A stretch of 64,000 nt of DNA from the human T2T-CHM13v2.0 reference genome, Homo sapiens, in the NCBI RefSeq assembly GCF_009914755.1, contig NC_060935.1; one strand, written 5' to 3'. Shown here one piece after another: positions 56,100 through 64,000 of the stretch. How positions within the stretch are numbered: position 1 is the first letter of the stretch; each line of letters starts with the position of its first letter. The position numbers and the translations under genes were made by a program. The notes below the pieces were generated by a model. It worked only from the letters and a program-made list of their open reading frames with translations, had not been told where the DNA came from and searched no databases.

Positions 56100-58185
56100 T
56101 TAACAAGAAAATTCAAAACCTCAAATAAGAGGGAAAAATCTAAATAGAGCAATTTAAAGGGACAATTAAAGAAATGTGTGAATGAACTTTCTATCCACAT
56201 AAAAAAAACAAACAAACTGAAAAATTATGTCCTCACCAGACATGGTGGCTCATGCCTGTAATCCAAGCTCTCTGTGGGATCAAGATGAGAGGATTACTTG
56301 AGGCCAGGAGTTCAAGACCAGCCTGGACTATTAATATATCAAAACCCTGTCTCTACAAATAATAATGATGATAATAATATCCTGGCCAAGACTTTTTTCA
56401 CAGAAGGATTCTTTCAGGTGTTCCAAAATCACCTAGTCACAGTGATTCTAAAACTTACACAGCATGAAAAGGAGAAATTTTCAAAATTCCTTTTATAAAA
56501 TGACTACATCATTATGAAACCTAATAAACACTAAGAAATAAAGATGTTATAAATATCAATAAAAATGTTTAATGTGAGTTTGCAGATAGAATATATAACA
56601 GTGAATAAATAAATACATTGTCAACCAGTGGGGTTCCTTTCAAGAATGCAAGTATGATTCAAGAAGAACATCCATTAATATAATTCATTCTCTAAATACA
56701 TCTATGAAGAAAAGCATCATAGATGCTGAAAAGGCATTTTGCAAAAATCAAAACCCATTCCTACTAATAAAACAAGAATAAATAGAAATTTATATAATAG
56801 GTTTAAAAGTAAATATTAGTCCAAAAATCAGATTTTACTTACTGGATACACATTGGAAGCATTTCTCCTAAGGTTAGGAGAAAGAAAGAGAAACCCACTG
56901 TTACTTCTACAATTGAGCATATTTTCAATGTAACTAGGTAAGAGAGAGCAACAATATGTTCAAAAAGTAGAAAGAAAAAGACAAAACTACATTTGCTGAT
57001 GTTATGATTATATATTTGAAATGTCCAAGAGGATCTAATAAAAAGCTACTGCAAATAGCAGAATCTAGTAAATTAATGCTTTAATAGACTGCATATGTAC
57101 TAAACTAAAACTAAGCTTGTTTCATTTTTTTAAAAAATTACAAGGTAAAATGTGTAATACTTATTTATAAAATAATTAAAAACTTCATATAAATTTCCTA
57201 AATATTGTATGAAGAAATCTTTAAGACATTTTAAAGATGCAAAACAGAATTGAACAAATAAAAAAGTATTTCACATTTTTAATAGAAAAGTTCAATGTGA
57301 AAAATATGTCAATTCCACTTAAGTTGATATGTAAATATAATGTGATTTTTATCAAATAATCAATTATTTTTTTCCTGCAAGTAGACACATTATTAATTCT
57401 TATAGGAAAATAAACAAGATTCAAGAACCAGGAATTAATGAACAGCGAAATTCCAATAAAAATACCCCAAAGCAATGTTACAATATATTATAATTTTATA
57501 TATTTAAAGCACTGTGGCATCAGTGACTAAACAAAGCAATACAAAAGAACATGAAGAGATATGTGCGTGCATAAAAATTTAGTAATAAATATAGCAACTC
57601 AAATCAGGTGATGAATGGTATTTTTAATAAGGAATTGTTAGATCCTTAAAAATTCATTTGGAAAATGTATATAATTCAATCTAAACTTTACATCACATTG
57701 TGGGATACAGATCAGAGATGTAAATGTAGACACTGAAATAATATATGTGCTAGAAAAATACATGTAAATTCCATTATAATCCAGAAATGATGGGAAGCAT
57801 CCTAAATATTATGTAAAATATAAAATACAAAATCAATACAAGTAAAAATAAGTAAATTTGAATAAAACTTTACGATGTGGAAGGATATTTTTATCATAAA
57901 CAAAATTAAAAAGGCAAAAGAGCCAAAAGAGGAGATTTGCAATTTATACACAAAGATAAACCTTAATACTGTTCTTCAATATCTAGAAGACAAAATTAGT
58001 GAAAGTCAGCTAAATATGTAAAAAATGCAAAAGAAGAAAATAAAAACTCTTAAACTTATGAGACAATGCTCAACCTCAAAAATAAAATACATTTAAATTA
58101 CAGGTAAATTTAAGTAAGTTACTCATCAAAAATCCAAGTATTTAAAAGTGGCAAAATTGCAGATTACACATACTCATTTTCTCTT
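56100..58185 (+). mobile_element. Ancient L1M ORF2 (RT to C-terminus) remnant
   Basis: atagatgctgaaaaggcatttt (IDAEKAF), tttgctgatgttatgattata (FADxMI) and caagaatgcaagtatgattcaa. Confidence 0.75.
56234..56372 (+). mobile_element. FLAM (free left Alu monomer) inserted in L1M
   Basis: Single Alu left monomer with an (AAT)n tail; degenerate TSD aattatgtcct / aataatatcct. Confidence 0.85.
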
Positions 58186-58202
58186 GCCAAAAGTAGATGC
58201 TG

Positions 58203-58425
58203 ATTATTAGTTTTCTATGGCTGCTGTAACAAATGTTCACAAACTGGGTGGTTTAAGACAACTGAAATTATCAGCACAGCTCTGGTGGGTAGAAGTGCAA
58301 AATCCAGATGTCAGCAGAGTTGGCTTCTGAAGTTCTGAGGGAGAATATGGCCCATGCTTCTCTCCTAGCTTCTGCCAGTTGCCAAGAATACCTGTCATTT
58401 TGTGGCAGGCAATCTCCCTGCCAAT
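58203..58425 (-). mobile_element. MLT1C/D LTR 3' fragment
   Basis: tattagttttctatggctgctgtaacaaat...cacaaactgggtggtttaagacaac...tctctcctagcttctg. Confidence 0.8.
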
Positions 58426-58727
58426 CACATGGACAGGACTGCATAGCACCCCAGTTACACAAATTTCCACAGCACTGCCTTAACATTTAGCAAATAGTTA
58501 AAGCTAGGGAAATTGGTGCCCAGACATCAAAGCTAGAAATGAAACAAATGGCCAGTAGGAGCCTTGCATGTGCCATGATGTACACATGCCATGGTGGTTT
58601 GCTGCACCCATCAAACCATCATCTATATTAGGTATTTCTCCTAATACTATCGCTCCCCTAGCCCCTCATCCCCCGATAGGCCCTGGTGTGTGATGTTCCC
58701 CTCCCTGTGTACATGTGTTCACATTGT

Positions 58728-61700
58728 TCAACTCCCACTTACGAGTGAGAACATGCAGTGTTTGGTTTTCTGTTCCTGTGTTAGTTTGCTGAAAATGATA
58801 GTCCCCAGCTTCATCCATGTCCCTGCAAAGGACATGAACTCATCCCTTTTTATGGCTGCATAGTATTCCATGGTGTATATGTGCCACATTTTCTTTATCC
58901 AGTTTATCATTGATGAGCATTTGGGTTGGTTCCAAGTCTTTGCAATTGTGAACAGTGCTGCAAAAAAAAAATACGTGTGCATATGTCTTTATTGTAGAAT
59001 GATTTATAATCCTTTAAGTATATACCCAGTAATGGGACTGCAGGGTCAAATGGTATTTCTGGTTCTAGATCCTTTAGAAATCGCCACACTGTCTTCCACG
59101 ACGGTTGAACTAATTTACACTCACATCAACAGCATAAAGGTGTTCCTATTTCTCCACATCCTTGACAGCATCTGTTGTTTCCTTACTTTTTAATGATCAC
59201 CATTCTAACTAGCATGAGATGGTGTCTGGTTATGGTTTTGGTTATGGTTTTGATTTGCATTTCTCTAACGGCTATTATGGTTTTGATTTGGATTTCTCTA
59301 ATGACCAGTGATGATGAGCATTTTTTCATATATTTCTTGGCCACATAAATGTCTTCTATTAAGAAGTGTCTGTTCACGTACTTTGCCCACTTTTTGATAG
59401 AGTTGTTTGTTTTTTTCTTATAAATTTGTTTAAGTTCCTTATAGATTCTGGATATTAGCCCTTTGTCAGATGGATAGATTGCAAAAATTTCCCCCCTTCT
59501 GTAGGCTGCCAGTTCACTCTGATGAAGTTTCTTTTGCTATGCATAAGCTCTTTAGTTTAATTAGATCCAATTTGTCAATTTTGGCTTTTGTTGCCATTGC
59601 TTTTTTTGTTATAGTCATGAAGTCTTTGCCCATGCCTATGTCCTGAATGGTATTGCCTAGGTTCCCTTCCAGGGTTTTTATGGTTTTAGGTTTTATGTTT
59701 AATTCTTGAATCCATCTTGAGTTAATTTTTGTATAAGGTGTAAGGAAGGGGACAGGTTTCTGTTTGCTGCATATGGCTACCCAGTGTTCTCAGCACCATT
59801 TATTAAATAGGGAATCATTTCTGCATTGCTTGTTTTTGTCAGGTTTGTTGAAGATCAGATGGTTGTAGATGTGTGGTGGTATTTCTGAGGCCTCTGTTTT
59901 ATTCCATTGGTCTATATATCTGTTTTGGTACCAGTACCATGCTGTTTTGGTTACTGTAGCCTTGTAAATATATTTTGAAGTCAGGTAGCATGATGCCTCC
60001 AGCCTTGTTCTTTTTGCTTAGGATTGTCTTGTCTATACGGGGTCTTTTTTGGTTCTATATGAAATTTAAAGTAGTTTTTTTTCTAATTCTATGAAGAAAG
60101 TCAATGGTAGCTTGTTGGGGATAGCATTGAATCTATACATTACTTTGGGCACTATGGCTATTTTCACAATATTGATTCTTCCTATGCATGAGCATGGAAC
60201 GTTTTTCCATTTGTTTTTGTCCTCTCTTATTTCCTTTAGCAATGGTTTCTAGTTCTCCTTGAAGAGGTCCTTCACATCCCTTGTAAGTTTTATTCCTAGG
60301 TATTTTATTTTCTTTGTATCGATTATGATGGGAGTTCACTCATGATTTCGCTCTCCGCTTGTCTATTATCTGTGTAGAGGAAAGCTTGTGATTTTGCACA
60401 GTGATTTTGTATCCTGAGACTTTGCTGAAGTTGCTTATCAGCTTAAGATGATTTGGGGCTGAGACGATGGGGTTTTCGAAATATACAACTATGTCATCTG
60501 CAAACAGAGACAATTTGACTTCCTTTCCTCCTATTTGAATTCTCTTTATTTCTTTCTCTTGCCTGATTGCCCTGGCCAGAACTTCCAATACTATGTTGAA
60601 TAGGGGTGGTGAGAAAGGACATCCTTGTCTTGAGCCGGTTTTCAAAAAGAATGCTTCCAGCTTTTGCCCATTCAGTCTGACATTAGCTGTGAGTTTTTCA
60701 TAAATATCTCTTATTATTTTGAGATGTTTCATCAATACCTAGTTTATTGAGAGTTTTTAGCATGAAGGGATATTGAATTCTATTGAAGGCCTTTTGTGCA
60801 TCTATTGAGATAATCATGTGGTTTTTGTCATTGGTTCTCTTTATGTGATGGATTATGCTTATTGATTTACATATTTTGAAGGAGCCTTGCATCCAAGGAA
60901 TGAAGCCAACTTGATCATGGTGGATTAGCTTTTTGATGTCCTGCTGGATTCAGTTTGCCAGTATTTTATTGAGGATTTTCGCTTTCAATGTTCATTAGGT
61001 ATATTGGCCTGAAATTTTCTTTTTTTTGTTGTTGTGTCTCTGCCAGCTTTAGGTAGCAGGATGATGCTGGCCTCCTCAAATGAGTTAGGGAGGAGTCCCT
61101 CTTTTTGTATGGTTGGGAATAGTTTCAGAAGGAATGGTAGCAGCTCCTCTTTGTACCTCTGGTAGAATTCAGCTGTGCATCCATCTGGTCCCAAGCTTTT
61201 TTAGGTTGATAATCTATTAATTACTGCCTCAATTTCAGAACTTGTTATTGGTCTATTCAGGGATTCAACTTCTTCCTATTTTAGTTTTGGGAGGGTGGAT
61301 GTGTCCAGGAATTTATCCATTTCTTCTAGATTTTCTAATTTATTAGCATAGAGGTGTTTACAGTATTCTCTGATGGTAGTTTGTATTTCTGTGGGATCAG
61401 TGGTGATCTCCCCTTTATCATTTTTTATTGTGGTTATTTGATTCTTCTCTCTTTTCTTCTTTATTAGTCTGGTTAGTGGTCTATCTATTTTGTTAATCTT
61501 TTCAGAAAAGCAGCTCCTGGATTCATTGATTTTTTTAAAGGGGTTTACATTTCTCTATCTCCTTCAGCTCTTCTCTAAATTTAGTTATGTCTTGTTTTCT
61601 GCTAGCTTTTGAATTTTTTTGCTCTTGCTTCTCTAGTTCTTTTAATTGTGATGTTAGGGTGCCGATTTTAGATCTTTCCTGCTTTCTCCAGTGGGCATTT

Positions 61701-62590
61701 AGTGCTATAAATTTCCCTCTAAATACTGCTTTAGCTGTGTCCCAGAGATTCTGGTATGTTGTGTCTTTGTTCTCATTGGTTTCAAATAACTTATTTATTT
61801 CTGCCTTAATTTCGTTATTTACCCTGTAGTCATTCAAGAGCAGGTTGTTCAGTTGCCATGTTGTTGTGTGAGTTTTAGTGAGTTTCTTAATCCTGAGTTC
61901 TAACTTGATTGCACTGTGGTCTGAGAGACTGTTTGTTATGATTTCCATTCTTTTGCATTTGCTGAGGAGTGTTTTACTTCCAATTATGTGGTTAATTCTA
62001 GAATAAGTGCTATGTGGTGCTGAGAAGAATGTATATTCTGTTGATTTGGAATGGAAAGTTCTGTACATGTCTATTAGGTCCACATGGTCCAGAGGTGAGT
62101 TCAAGTCCTAAATATCCATGTGAATTTTCTGCCTTGTTCATCTGTCTAATAATGACAGTAGGGTGTTAAAGTCTCCTACTATTATTGTGTGGGAGTCTAA
62201 GTCTCTTTGTAGGTCTCTAATAACTTGCTTTATGAATCTGGGCGCTCCTGTATTGGGTGCATATATACTTAGAATAGTTAGCTCTTCTTGTTGCATTGAC
62301 CCCTTTACCATTATGTAATGCCCTTCTTTGTCTTTTTTAATCTTTGTTGGTTTAAAGTCTGTTTCATCAGAGAGTAGGATTGCAACCCCTACTTTTGCTT
62401 GGTAAATATTCCTCCATCCCTTTATTTTGAGCCTATATGTGTGTCTTTGCATGTGAGATGGGTCTTCTGAATACAGCACACCAATAGGTCTTGACTCTTT
62501 CCAATTTGCCAGTTGGTGTCTTTTAATTGGGGCATTTAGCCCATTTACCTTTAAGGTTAATATTGTTATGTGTGAATGTGATCCTGTCAT
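58728..62590 (-). pseudogene. Disrupted L1 ORF2 (APE endonuclease, reverse transcriptase, C-terminal domain)
   Basis: Fragments [78 protein letters not shown] and SLVSGS lie in different frames with stops. Confidence 0.95.
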
Positions 62591-62653
62591 TATGATGCTA
62601 GCTGGTTATTTTGCCCGTTAGTTGATGCAGTTGCTTCATAGTGTTCATGGTCT

Positions 62654-63674
62654 TTACAATTTATTATGTTTTTGCAGTGGGTGGAACCGGTTTTTCCTTT
62701 CCATATTTAGTGGTTCCTTCAGGAGCTCTTGTAAGGTAGGCCTGGTGGTGACAAAATCTCTCAGCATTTGCTTATCTGTAAAGGATTTTATTTCTCTTTC
62801 ACTTATGAAGCTTAGTTTAGCTGGATATGAAATTCTGGGTTGAAAATTCTTTTCTTTAAGAATGTTGAATATTGGCCCCCACTCTATTCTGACTTGTAAG
62901 GTTTCTGCAGAGAGATCCGCTGTTAGTCTTATGGGCTTCCCTTTATTGGTAACCCAACCTTTCTCTCTGGCTGCCCTTAACATTTTTTCCTTCATCTCTA
63001 CCTTGGGGAGTCTGACAATTATGTGTCTTGGTTTTGCTCTTCTCGATGAGTATCTTTGTGGTATTCTCTGTATTTCCTGAATTTGAATGTTGGCCTGTCT
63101 TGCTAGGTTAGGGAAGTTCTCCTGGATAATATCCTGAAGAGTGTTTTCCAACTTAGTACCATTCTGCTCATCACTTCCAGGTCCACCAATTAAATGTAGG
63201 TTTGGTCTTTTCACATAGTCCCATATTTCTTGGAGACTTTGTTTTTCCCTCTTCATTTTTTCTAATCTTGATTTCATGCTTTATTTCATTAAGTTGATCC
63301 TCAATCTCTGATACCCTTTCTTTCACTTGATCAATTCAGCTATTGATACTTGTGTATGCTTCACGAAGTTCTTGTGCTCTGTTTTTCAGCTCCATCAGGT
63401 CATTTATGTTCTTCTCTAAACTTGTTATTCTAGTTAGCAATTCCTCTAACCTTTTTTCTAGGTTCCTAATTTCCTTGCATTGGGTTAGAATATGCTCCTT
63501 CAGCTCGGAGGAGTTTGTTATTACCCACCTTCTGAAGCCTACTTCTGTCAATTAGTCAAACTCATTCTCTGTCCTATTTTGTTCCCTTGCTGGCAAGGAG
63601 TTGTGATCCTTTGGAGGAAAAGAGACTTTCTGGTTTTGGGAATTTTCAGCCTTTTTGCACTGGTTTTTCCTCAT
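62654..63674 (-). pseudogene. Disrupted L1 ORF1 (RNA-binding protein)
   Basis: ORF 62654-63277 (EQSLQEIWDYVKRPNL-like...RISYPAKLSF...RPTLQELLKE) and coiled-coil fragment 63336-63551. Start ATG at 63674; frameshifted. Confidence 0.93.
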
Positions 63675-64000
63675 CTTCTTCGATTTACCTACCTTTGGTC
63701 TTTGACGTTGGTGAACTTTGGATGCTTTTTTTGTGTGGACATCCTTTTTGTTGATGTTGATGCTATTCCTTTCTGTTTGTTAGTTTTCCTTCTAACAGTC
63801 AGGCCCCTCTGCTGCAGGTCTGCTGGAGTTTGCTGGAGGTCCACTCCAGAACTTGTTTGCCTGGGTATCACCAGCAGAAGCTGCAGAACAGCAAAGATTG
63901 CTGCCTGTTCCTTTCTCTTCTGTATGAGGAGCCAGCTGGAGCTCTTCCGTATGAGGAGTCTGTCGACCCCTGCTAGGAGGTGTCTCCCAGTCAGGAGACA

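Larger units (their letters stand above)
58565..64000 (-). mobile_element. Near-full-length L1PA7/8-like LINE-1; the 5'UTR continues past the window edge
   Basis: Continuous 3'UTR, ORF2, 63-nt spacer, ORF1 and 5'UTR on the minus strand. The 3' terminus and poly(A) are absent. Confidence 0.95.

Overview
AT-rich, gene-poor primate genomic DNA (catarrhine, most likely human or ape, because AluY, AluS, THE1, MLT2A and L1PA elements are present). It is either intergenic or deep intronic. I see no host protein-coding exon, tRNA, rRNA or CRISPR array. The only ORFs with recognisable protein similarity are decayed L1 ORF1/ORF2 and THE1-int remnants. A large part of the window is transposable-element debris: a near-full-length L1PA7/8-like element on the minus strand (58.6-64 kb); a complete THE1A MaLR provirus with TSD that carries an Alu insert; an L1PA15/16-like element whose 5'UTR is fused directly to its 3' end; solo LTRs (THE1C, MLT2A2, LTR8-like, MER31-, MER51-, MER57/93- and MER89/92-like, MLT1); five Alus plus a FLAM; MER5 and MER53 DNA transposons; and many MIR/L2/L1M fragments. 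Subfamily names come from recalled consensus sequences and need RepeatMasker/Dfam confirmation. The best second-look items are a cluster of LTRs retaining DUX4-type motifs and splice donors, a motif-dense non-repeat enhancer candidate at about 19.4-19.76 kb, the internally deleted L1, and several templated inverted or direct micro-duplications. I found no convincing evidence of a new biological system; the findings are hypotheses.
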